Source: Phycisphaerales bacterium
Lineage (GTDB): Bacteria > Planctomycetota > Phycisphaerae > Phycisphaerales > UBA1924
Reading direction: 5' to 3'
Assembly: GCA_046350475.1 (NCBI GenBank)
Contig: JAXMAJ010000001.1
Location: 1,675,911 to 1,739,910, forward strand
Length of the DNA: 64,000 nt
Shown here piece after piece: positions 40,952 to 48,737 of the stretch; the first letter of the stretch is position 1; each line of letters starts with the position of its first letter. The translations under genes were made by a program, and so were the position numbers. Below the pieces are notes generated by a model. The model had not been told where the DNA came from, made no database searches, and saw only the letters and a program-made list of their open reading frames with translations.

Positions 40952-41356
40952 ATGCATCCACTCGCACTTGAACAGCTCCAGGCAATCGCCCGGAAGCGGT
41001 TGAACATTTCTACGCTGGCAGATCGGAACTCGGACTCTCTCGACTTCCACGATATCTCCGTCGCCGGACTTAGGGCTGCGCTGCGGGACACGTACGAGGC
41101 CGGCTTCCGAGCAGGCGTAGCACGCGAACTCTGCATAGAGGCGGCCATCTACGCCGCCGAGGCGGTTCGATACCCTTGGCAGGTCTTCTGCGACGAGGAC
41201 CGTTGCGTGCTGATCTCCCGTGACCTGCGGGACCATCTCGTTATTGCCTCAAGCTATCGCCGTGGCGATGATGACCGGAATCGTGTCGCGATCGAATCGC
41301 TTCCCTTAGAACTCTTCGACATCGTCCGCCGCGAGCTCTTCGGCGGCCGGCGGTGA
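40952..41356 (+). CDS. Hypothetical protein
   Basis: ATG 40952 lies 5 nt after AGGAGG (the track start GTG 40946 lies inside the RBS). Confidence 0.55.
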   Translation: MHPLALEQLQAIARKRLNISTLADRNSDSLDFHDISVAGLRAALRDTYEAGFRAGVARELCIEAAIYAAEAVRYPWQVFCDEDRCVLISRDLRDHLVIASSYRRGDDDRNRVAIESLPLELFDIVRRELFGGRR

Positions 41357-41535
41357 CCGACCCGTTCGACTGTTCAATCATCGACGACCTATTCCACGGG
41401 TGTGCGCTTGCCGCATTCGTGGAGCAGGCTCAAGCAAACAGAGCGTGGCCCTGCCCGGACGCGACGCGCCGTCGGGCTAATCAGCTCTATGAGCAGGCCC
41501 TCGCCACGGCTAACAAGCGTAAGTCTCCAACCTAG
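41353..41535 (+). CDS. Hypothetical 60-aa protein
   Basis: GTGA overlap with the upstream gene. A hairpin terminator follows. Confidence 0.4.
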   Translation: MTDPFDCSIIDDLFHGCALAAFVEQAQANRAWPCPDATRRRANQLYEQALATANKRKSPT

Positions 41536-41634
41536 AAATCACGCTGGAAGCGCCGCTTCGGCTGTCATCTGGCTATGACTCTGATTCATCCATGTTCACC
41601 GGCAAAGAAAGCACAGTAAGTAGCAGACGTCTCC

Positions 41635-41660
41635 CCTAAGCGGTGCTTAGGCATTTCTTT
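41635..41660 (+). terminator. Putative intrinsic terminator
   Basis: CCTAAGC-GGT-GCTTAGG perfect 7-bp stem followed by CATTTCTTTC. Confidence 0.5.
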
Positions 41661-41670
41661 CACCGTGAAA

Positions 41671-41866
41671 GACGGCTGGCTGGCCGGTTGGCCAGCAAGA
41701 TGGCTTGCCAGCTTGCCTGCCTGCAATCCGTCCCGCTGGCAGGCTGGCTTGCATGCTCACACGCGGGCTCGTCAGCCGACTGGATTGTCAGCACTTCACC
41801 GCGTCAGCACGCTGGTAGCATCGCCGCGTCAGCGTGCCAGCATGAAATAGTGCTTGCCTGCTGACA
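41671..41866. repeat. Repeat-rich region upstream of parA (centromere/operator candidate)
   Basis: GTCAGC occurs at 41771, 41787, 41803 and 41828, plus inverted GCTGAC at 41860. CCGCGTCAGC occurs twice (41799, 41824). TGGCTTGC occurs twice (41701, 41745). GCTTGCCTGC occurs twice (41711, 41852). There is a perfect palindrome GCTGGCC-GGTT-GGCCAGC at 41679-41696. Confidence 0.55.
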
Positions 41867-41889
41867 CCGATCCGTGATATGGCTGGAGC

Positions 41890-42567
41890 ATGATCATCGC
41901 AATCGCAAACAGCAAGGGTGGAGTGGGCAAGTCAACGCTCGCTGTTCATCTTGCGACATGGCTCCACCGCCAGGGACACTCCGTGACGCTCGCCGACTGC
42001 GACATGCAGCAGAGTTCGTCCGAGTGGATTCACGAGGTGCAGCCAGCCCTAAAGACGGTCACGCTTCGCGACCCCGATGCCATCATTAACGAACTTCCCA
42101 TTCTCGGCCAGGAGGCCGACTTCGTCATCGCTGACGGTCCGGGCAGCCACAAGGAAACCAGCCGTGCCCTCCTGTTCAGGGCCGACTTCGCGATCGTTCC
42201 CTGCAAGGCGTCGATGCTTGAAGTCCGTGCGCTTGCGAAAGTCACGGACGTGCTCCGCCAGGCCCAGGACATTCGTGGCGGGATGCCTCCAGCCATCATC
42301 GTGCTCAGCATGGTCGGAAAGACATACCGGCTCACCAAGGACATGAAAGCAGCCGCAGCGGCTCTCTCGTTGTCTGTGGCCTCAACAGCCGTAACGCTTC
42401 GCCAAATCTACGCCGACGCGCCGGGCCAGGGGACAGTTGTTTGGGATATGGGCTTTCGTGCGAAGGAGGCCGCCAACGAAATCGGCGAACTCTTCCAAGA
42501 ACTTCTGCCACGTATGAATCGTCAATCCGTGTCCCCTCAACTTGAGACTATTGGAGGTCAGCCATGA
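41890..42567 (+). CDS. parA: ParA/Soj partition ATPase
   Basis: Deviant Walker A IAIANSKGGVGKST. GGAG RBS. Confidence 0.9.
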   Translation: MIIAIANSKGGVGKSTLAVHLATWLHRQGHSVTLADCDMQQSSSEWIHEVQPALKTVTLRDPDAIINELPILGQEADFVIADGPGSHKETSRALLFRADFAIVPCKASMLEVRALAKVTDVLRQAQDIRGGMPPAIIVLSMVGKTYRLTKDMKAAAAALSLSVASTAVTLRQIYADAPGQGTVVWDMGFRAKEAANEIGELFQELLPRMNRQSVSPQLETIGGQP

Positions 42568-42854
42568 CAGATCGTCGTTCCCTTGTCGCGGGCGTTCGTC
42601 CACCGTCGCCACCAGCGGATCCGAGCGAGGAAGCTCAGGGCCGCAAGTTCGTATTCGGCGAGACCGCAACCGCTCCGCGTGCAGCAGAGGAACCCAGGGT
42701 GCTGGTGAGCACCCGCATCCGCTCGGACCTCGCGAGGGCCCTGAAGCGAGCTTCGCTCCAACGTCAGCTTGAGGGTGTCGAACCGAACACGCTTCAGGAC
42801 ATCCTAGAAGAAGCCGTCGAACCGTGGCTCCGCAACCACGGTCATCTCGCGTGA
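42564..42854 (+). CDS. Small ribbon-helix-helix-like partner of ParA (centromere-binding protein candidate)
   Basis: ATGA overlap with parA. The C-terminal VLVSTRIRSDLARALKRASL...LQDILEEAVEPWL fits an RHH pattern. Confidence 0.5.
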   Translation: MTDRRSLVAGVRPPSPPADPSEEAQGRKFVFGETATAPRAAEEPRVLVSTRIRSDLARALKRASLQRQLEGVEPNTLQDILEEAVEPWLRNHGHLA

Positions 42855-43801
42855 ACGATCCAGACTCTTCGCCGAACCCACCATCCGGTCTCACGCGGAA
42901 GCAGTGGGGCCTTCTCATTGCCGGCGATCAAATCCGCCAGGAGCCGCCGGACCGATTCCTATTCTCACACTCCGTGCTTTGTCAGGTCGGCATCCCGCGA
43001 AAGCACACTCCCGAGCGTCGCTACGAACGCTCGAATGGCAACCTCAGCCTGCTTGTTGAAGCTGGCAGCCTATGGAATGGGCTGTCATGGTCAGAGCAGC
43101 CATTGCCCTACGGAGCGATTCCCCGTCTCGTCATGGTGCACATCAGCACCGAGGCGGTCAGGACCAGGAGCCGCGTCATCGACGTTGGTGAGAGCATGCG
43201 TCAGTTCCTCACGCAGCTTGGACTGCAAACCAGCGGCGGACGCCGCGGCGGGTACGCCGCCCTGAAGAAGCAGCTTCAAGCCCTTGCGGCTTGTCGCATG
43301 ACGCTGGGCATGACCGAAGGCGACCGCGTCTCCACGATCGACGCCAAGCCGATCAAGCGGTTCGACGCTTGGCTGCTGAATGGACTCCATGACGGGTCAC
43401 AGCGAACGCTGTGGCCGGGAGAGCTTGAGTTGTCGGAGGACTTCTTCGACACTCTCACGCGGCACGCCGTGCCGCTCGACTATCGGGCTCTGGGAGCCCT
43501 CAAACACTCCGCGCTCGCTCTGGACATCTACACGTGGCTCGCCCATCGACTCCCGCGAGTGACCAATCCACTCGGAACGAAGGTGAGTTGGTCGAATCTG
43601 AAAGAGCAATTCGGTCAGGACTATGGCCGATCCAAGGACTTCAAGAAGACGTTCAGGCATGCCCTCCGGCAGGTCTGCACGGTCTACCCGGACGCGAAAC
43701 TCCGCGATGCCCCGGGCGGGCTGATTCTCCAGCCGTCACGCTCTCCAATCCCTCGCACCATGGTTTCAATGAGCACAGCAAACGTGCGTCAACCGGACTG
43801 A
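42851..43801 (+). CDS. repA: Replication initiator protein A family (RepA)
   Basis: FSHSVLCQVGIPRKH...PYGAIPRLVMVHISTEAV...FFDTLTRHAVPLDYRALGALKHSALALDIYTWLAHRL matches the RepA pattern of plasmids and Tn4371-type ICEs. GTG 42851 overlaps the upstream stop. An in-frame alternative start is at 42824. Confidence 0.8.
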   Translation: MNDPDSSPNPPSGLTRKQWGLLIAGDQIRQEPPDRFLFSHSVLCQVGIPRKHTPERRYERSNGNLSLLVEAGSLWNGLSWSEQPLPYGAIPRLVMVHISTEAVRTRSRVIDVGESMRQFLTQLGLQTSGGRRGGYAALKKQLQALAACRMTLGMTEGDRVSTIDAKPIKRFDAWLLNGLHDGSQRTLWPGELELSEDFFDTLTRHAVPLDYRALGALKHSALALDIYTWLAHRLPRVTNPLGTKVSWSNLKEQFGQDYGRSKDFKKTFRHALRQVCTVYPDAKLRDAPGGLILQPSRSPIPRTMVSMSTANVRQPD

Positions 43802-43840
43802 CCATCCTGTGGAGACTCGGCCAAATCAAGGACTTATCCA

Positions 43841-43913
43841 CGCTGAATCGCCCTCCCGTTGTGCGCTGAATCACCCTCCGAAGCCCGCCCTAGATGCGCT
43901 GAATCGCCCCCCC
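43841..43913 (+). repeat. Three iteron-like direct repeats downstream of repA
   Basis: CGCTGAATCGCCCTCCC (43841), CGCTGAATCACCCTCCG (43864) and CGCTGAATCGCCCCCCC (43897), spaced 23 and 33 bp apart. Confidence 0.6.
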
Positions 43914-44782
43914 GTAAAACCTAGAGCATTACCTATACCTCTTCCTATGTTGATCGGCGACGTTCTGTGGACAACTCTCGGCCGCTGATCGACGGATGAA
44001 CCGCTGCGTCGAGCCCAGCCCAAATGCTGCGAACGACGACGCTCGGCAGCAGACCACCGCTCGGGTCATCAATCGTGGTGGGGCCGTGACCACGCTGCGC
44101 GTGGGCATTCAGGACGATGAAGCAGATCGAATGGCTGGCCCAACGCCGAAGCGACCGCCTCCGCAGGGACGCCTTCAGAGCCGACACTCGTCAGTCGAGC
44201 CTTGTCCGCGACCGATGCATTCTGAGTGAAGTGAACTTCGGACGCCCCGCCAACTCCGGAGCAGCCGTCGGTCCGTTCATCTCACCACTGCCGCGAAGGA
44301 TGGTCCGGCGCGGCACGGACTGACCCACGGGCAAGGCCTTCGGGCGGAACGGGACTCGACACTCACTCGCCTCCGAGGCGGCCCAACCTGTTTCCACGCG
44401 AACACCCTTCCGCAGCGCGACGGATGAGCGACGAGCCGAAGCGTGGCACATGGCGGCATCGCGGAAGGCGGTTGCTCGCTCCCCATGAAATGCGTCGGTT
44501 CCTGAATGGGCTTGTCTGCTCACAAGGCACTCGGCTTTCAAACGCTCCGCTCCCGCCGTCACCGCTGCGCTTCAGGTCTCCGGGCCTTGCACACCTCACG
44601 CCAGACCCGCCCGGAGCGCCCGCACCTTGGGGGCTGCGGGTTCGGTCTGTCATTCGTTTGTGCAGCTTCGCTGGCCCTCCAACCTTCTGCCGGCTTCGCT
44701 GCGCTGGCTCCATTGCACCCGCGAGTGGCCCCGTTGCTTGCGAAGGGGCCGCACGTCGCGGGTCCCGCAAAGGAGCAAAGAC

Positions 44783-45607
44783 ATGAAAGCCGAAGAAGCC
44801 AAGAAGATCGCCGACCAAGCCCTCCAGAATCTGACCGACGCACTCAAGAGCGGAAAGAGCGAGCGAATCACGCAGTACCTCGCGATGCTCGCCAAGTTCC
44901 ACCGGTACAGCTTCGGAAACGTCCTTCTCATCCTCTCGCAGATGCCCGCGGCGACCCACGTCGCCGGGTTCGGCACGTGGAAGCAGATGGGCCGCTTCGT
45001 CAAGAAGGGCGAGAAGGGAATCGTGATCATCGCCCCGATGAGCATCCGCCCCAAGGAAGACAAGCCCGAGGGTCAGGAGCAGTCCGACCGAGCCAAGCCC
45101 ATCCTCCGATTCCGCGGCGTGTACGTCTTTGACGTGACCCAGACCGACGGACAACCGCTCCCGGAGCCGGCACGGGTCGGTGGCGATCCTCAGCATCACC
45201 TCACCAAGCTCAAAGAGCAGGTCGCGGAACGAGGCATCAAGCTCGACTACGACGACCTGCCGCCAGGAGCCGACGGCGTCTCACGCGGCGGACGGATCAG
45301 CATCCGACCCGGCCTGGAACCAGCCAACGAATTCTCAGTCATCGTCCATGAACTTGCCCACGAGCTTCTGCATCGTGGTGACCAGCGCCCCACCAGCAAG
45401 ACCGTACGCGAGACCGAAGCCGAAGCAGTCGCCTTCGTCGTCTGCCAGGCCATCGGGCTGGAGACAGGCTCGGCCGCAAGCGACTACATCCAGCTCTACG
45501 ACGGCAAGACCGAGACGCTCGCCGCGTCTCTGGATCGAATCCAGCACGTCGCCGCGGACATCATCGCGGCAATCCAATGCCCCAACGAGCAGGCGATCGC
45601 GGCCTGA
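44783..45607 (+). CDS. ardC: ArdC-like antirestriction protein (ssDNA-binding N-domain plus HExxH metalloprotease domain)
   Basis: AAGGAG RBS. FHRYSFGNVLLILSQ...GFGTWKQMGRFVKKGEKGI (ArdC N-domain) and VIVHELAHELLH. Confidence 0.85.
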   Translation: MKAEEAKKIADQALQNLTDALKSGKSERITQYLAMLAKFHRYSFGNVLLILSQMPAATHVAGFGTWKQMGRFVKKGEKGIVIIAPMSIRPKEDKPEGQEQSDRAKPILRFRGVYVFDVTQTDGQPLPEPARVGGDPQHHLTKLKEQVAERGIKLDYDDLPPGADGVSRGGRISIRPGLEPANEFSVIVHELAHELLHRGDQRPTSKTVRETEAEAVAFVVCQAIGLETGSAASDYIQLYDGKTETLAASLDRIQHVAADIIAAIQCPNEQAIAA

Positions 45608-45614
45608 CTCATCC

Positions 45615-45648
45615 GACACCCCGGCGGGAAACCGCCGGGGTGTCTTTG
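45615..45648 (+). terminator. Strong hairpin terminator after ardC
   Basis: GACACCCCGGCGG-GAAA-CCGCCGGGGTGTC perfect 13-bp stem followed by TTTG. Confidence 0.7.
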
Positions 45649-45712
45649 CTGCCCTTGTCCACCACGCCGCGCTGTGCGCTAATCCGAGTATGGAAAACCG
45701 CACAAACTTGGC

Positions 45713-46168
45713 ATGAATACCACCCACTCCGATCGAATCCTCAAGGCCACCAGAGCCCTCCGTACGAGTCTCGTTGCCGTCATCGCAAATGTGGACGAGC
45801 TTTCGGACCTTATCGAGCGGCTGCCGACGATTGCCACCCCGCCGGTATCCGCCGTCGCGGTCAGCGGGTCCGGTGCGCTCCAACTCAATCGGGCAACCTA
45901 CACCGTGCAATGGGACCACAAGTCCTGCTTCCTCGGGTACACGATGGCGTTTCGGGTGCTGGAACGCCTCGCTCGCCGCCCCAACGAGTACATCTCGACA
46001 GATCGATTGCTTGAAGAGCTTTGGGTGGCGACTCGGTCTTCATCCACCGTGCGTAGCACCGTCTGTGGGCTAAAGGCCAAACTCCGTGCGGCGGGGATGC
46101 GAGACCTTGCGGAGTTCATAGACGGCAGCAACTCCGGGCATTATGCACTCATGCTGCCGAAAGAGTGA
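45713..46168 (+). CDS. Stand-alone OmpR/PhoB-type winged-helix DNA-binding protein
   Basis: The C-terminal LGYTMAFRVLERLARRPNEYISTDRLLEELW...STVRSTVCGLKAKL fits the trans_reg_C pattern. There is no receiver domain. Confidence 0.65.
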   Translation: MNTTHSDRILKATRALRTSLVAVIANVDELSDLIERLPTIATPPVSAVAVSGSGALQLNRATYTVQWDHKSCFLGYTMAFRVLERLARRPNEYISTDRLLEELWVATRSSSTVRSTVCGLKAKLRAAGMRDLAEFIDGSNSGHYALMLPKE

Positions 46169-46292
46169 TGTTCGCTTGCACGGAGATTCAACACAGGTTG
46201 GATCGTGGTTGCACAGGTCAATGTCCCGGAGGTGGTACGGTCTCGGACCTCTGGAAAGTCGCCAAAGTATCACCACCCTGCTGGAGCTCGTC

Positions 46293-47849
46293 ATGACCAC
46301 CGCAACCCCTACCGATTCTGCCACTACTCGCGTGAGCGCGGCACAGTACGTCCGCATGTCCACAGAGCACCAGCAGTACTCCACTGAAAATCAGCGTGAC
46401 GCGATCGCGGACTTTGCCAAAGTGCGCGGTTACGACGTTGTCAAGACCTACGCCGATGACGGCAAGAGCGGACTCAGCATCGAGGGCCGAGCATCTTTGC
46501 GGCAGATGCTCGCAGATGTGGAGAGTGGTACGGCACCGTTCAAAGCGATTCTGGTGTACGACGTGAGCAGGTGGGGACGTTTTCAGGATGCCGACGAGAG
46601 CGCCTACTACGAGTACGTCTGCAAACGCGCCGGCATTCAAGTCGAGTACTGCATGGAGCAGTTCGCCAACGACGGCAGCCCCGTCTCCACCATCATCAAA
46701 AGCGTGAAGCGGGCGATGGCAGGCGAGTACAGCCGTGAGCTGTCCAACAAGGTCTTCAAGGGCCAGTGCCGTCTCATCCAACTCGGCTATCGGCAGGGTG
46801 GACCTGCGGGCTTCGGCCTGCGCAGGATGCTGATCGACGTGACGGGCGCACCCAAGGGTGTACTAAAACGCGGTGAGCAGAAGAGCCTCCAGACAGATCG
46901 GGTCATTCTGGTCCCGGGACCCGAGGAGGAGATCACGATCGTCCGGTCAATCTATGAACAGTTCGTCAAGCAGAGCAAGAGCGAGCGAACCATTGCAGAA
47001 GACCTCAACGCCGCCGGCATCGCATCTGCCTGCCAGCGGCCGTGGACTCGGGGCATGGTCCACCAGATCCTGTCAAATGAAAAGTACATCGGGAACAACG
47101 TGTACAACCGGGTGTCCTTCAAGCTCAAGAAGAAGCGGGTCACCAATCCGCCCGACATCTGGGTTCGTGGCGATGGCGCATTCGATGGCATCGTCGAACC
47201 AGAGTCATTCTTTATGGCACGAGGGATCCTCCAGGAACGCAATCGGCATTTCAGCGACGACGACATGCTCGGGCGTCTGCGCACACTGCTCGCTGTTCAT
47301 CCCGAACTCACTGGAAGTCTCATTGATGAGACCGATGGAATGCCCTCCAGTTCAGCATACCGGCATCGGTTCGGAAGTCTGGTCAACGCCTATCGCTTGG
47401 CCGGGTACACGCCGGAGCGAAACTTTGAGTATCTTGAGGTGAACCGGCAGTTGCGACAGGTGCATCCGCAACTTCTTGGCGACATGATCCAGGACTTGCA
47501 GACCATGGGGGCGACTGTCGAGCGAAATGCCTCGTCAGACGTGCTCACCATCAATGGCCTGTACAGCGCCTCGCTTTCTTTGGCCCGCTGCCGTTCGACC
47601 GCGTCGGGACTACTGCGTTGGCGTTTCCGCGTCCCGGAGGAGAGGACCGCCGACATTCACATCGTCGTACGCATGGACCCCGCGAACGAGCAGCCGACTG
47701 ACTACTACTTGCTGCCGAGCATCGATATGGACATTCCGGAGTTCCGCCTGTCGGAATTCAATGGCGCGTCAATCGACACGTTCAGGTTTGAATCGCTGGA
47801 GTTCTTCTTCGGCATGGCGAAGGTCATCCAGATCGAGGTGGCTGCGTGA
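46293..47849 (+). CDS. Second large serine recombinase
   Basis: AAQYVRMSTEHQ (catalytic Ser), ILVYDVSRWGR, recombinase domain (GGPAGFGLRR). ATG 46293 was chosen inside track ORF 46143.. Confidence 0.9.
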   Translation: MTTATPTDSATTRVSAAQYVRMSTEHQQYSTENQRDAIADFAKVRGYDVVKTYADDGKSGLSIEGRASLRQMLADVESGTAPFKAILVYDVSRWGRFQDADESAYYEYVCKRAGIQVEYCMEQFANDGSPVSTIIKSVKRAMAGEYSRELSNKVFKGQCRLIQLGYRQGGPAGFGLRRMLIDVTGAPKGVLKRGEQKSLQTDRVILVPGPEEEITIVRSIYEQFVKQSKSERTIAEDLNAAGIASACQRPWTRGMVHQILSNEKYIGNNVYNRVSFKLKKKRVTNPPDIWVRGDGAFDGIVEPESFFMARGILQERNRHFSDDDMLGRLRTLLAVHPELTGSLIDETDGMPSSSAYRHRFGSLVNAYRLAGYTPERNFEYLEVNRQLRQVHPQLLGDMIQDLQTMGATVERNASSDVLTINGLYSASLSLARCRSTASGLLRWRFRVPEERTADIHIVVRMDPANEQPTDYYLLPSIDMDIPEFRLSEFNGASIDTFRFESLEFFFGMAKVIQIEVAA

Positions 47850-48736
47850 TTGACCATCGCGACATCAACGTGGTCCGCATTCCAATCGACCAGATCACGG
47901 TCATCAACCCTCGTGAACGCGGGAAGGTCAAGTTCAAGCAGATCGTCTCCAATATCTCGAAGATCGGCTTAAAAAAACCGATCACTGTCGTTCAGCGCGG
48001 AACCAAAGACGGCAAACCGTTGTATGAGCTGGTGTGCGGTCAGGGGCGTCTTGAGGCGTGCCGCCAGATCGGCGACACAACTGTGCCGGCGCTGATAATC
48101 GAAGCTACGCGTGAAGAGCTCATGCTGATGAGCCTGGCAGAAAATCTTGCTCGCCGTCGGCAGGGTTGCGTTGAAATGCTCCGCGAGATTGGAAGTCTCA
48201 AAGAACGCGGCTACACGTACGCTGAAATTGCTCAGAAGACCGACCTGCACGCCTCCTATGTCAAGGGCATCGTGCGTCTGCTCAAACAAGGAGAGACTCG
48301 CCTGCTTGAAGCCGTGGAGTGGGGTCAGATTCCCATCAGCATTGCGGTCACCATCGCTACGTCCGACGATCAAGAGGTTCAACGGGCACTCGCAGAGGCG
48401 TACGAATCGAAAAGCCTCCGCGGTAAGCAGCTACTGAAGGCGCGTCGTCTGATCGAGGTCCGACGTGCCGTTGGAAAGTCCATGCGGTACGCAGGCCGAA
48501 AGAACCTCAAGGCCGAGGTAACCACCGACACGCTCATGCAGGCATACAAGCGCGAAAGCACCAAGCAGAGATTGCTCGTACACAAGGCCAAGGTCTGCGA
48601 AACCCGCTTGCTCTTCGTCGCGAGCGCTTTGAAGCAGCTATTCGGTGACCCCGGCCTCGTGGCCATTCTTCAAGCGGGCAAGCTCGCGACCCTCCCTCAG
48701 TTCCTCGCCGAGCACATCGGCCGGAAGGGAGCCTGA
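47846..48736 (+). CDS. ParB N-terminal domain / RepB-like protein 1
   Basis: GTGA overlap with the recombinase. IGLKKPITVV...YELVCGQGRLEAC, HTH (YAEIAQKTDLHASYVKGIVRLL) and a long helical C-terminus as in RepB-type partition proteins. Confidence 0.8.
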   Translation: MIDHRDINVVRIPIDQITVINPRERGKVKFKQIVSNISKIGLKKPITVVQRGTKDGKPLYELVCGQGRLEACRQIGDTTVPALIIEATREELMLMSLAENLARRRQGCVEMLREIGSLKERGYTYAEIAQKTDLHASYVKGIVRLLKQGETRLLEAVEWGQIPISIAVTIATSDDQEVQRALAEAYESKSLRGKQLLKARRLIEVRRAVGKSMRYAGRKNLKAEVTTDTLMQAYKRESTKQRLLVHKAKVCETRLLFVASALKQLFGDPGLVAILQAGKLATLPQFLAEHIGRKGA

Positions 48737-48737
48737 C

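Noticed and set aside
41643-41864. Two overlapping plus-strand ORFs (73 and 61 aa) upstream of parA
   Set aside because: Their sequences (LAG, WLA and CQ repeats) are simply translations of the DNA repeat array. They are better explained as a centromere/operator region.
43841-43913. Direct repeats considered as a possible mini CRISPR array
   Set aside because: There are only three copies, about 17 bp long, with irregular 23 and 33 bp spacing and no cas genes. An iteron interpretation next to repA fits better.
43945-45199. Several 70-280-aa ORFs on both strands between repA and ardC and opposite ardC
   Set aside because: They lack ribosome-binding sites and have Arg/Ala-rich composition. They overlap each other or the well-supported ardC. 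The region is treated as non-coding pending expression data.
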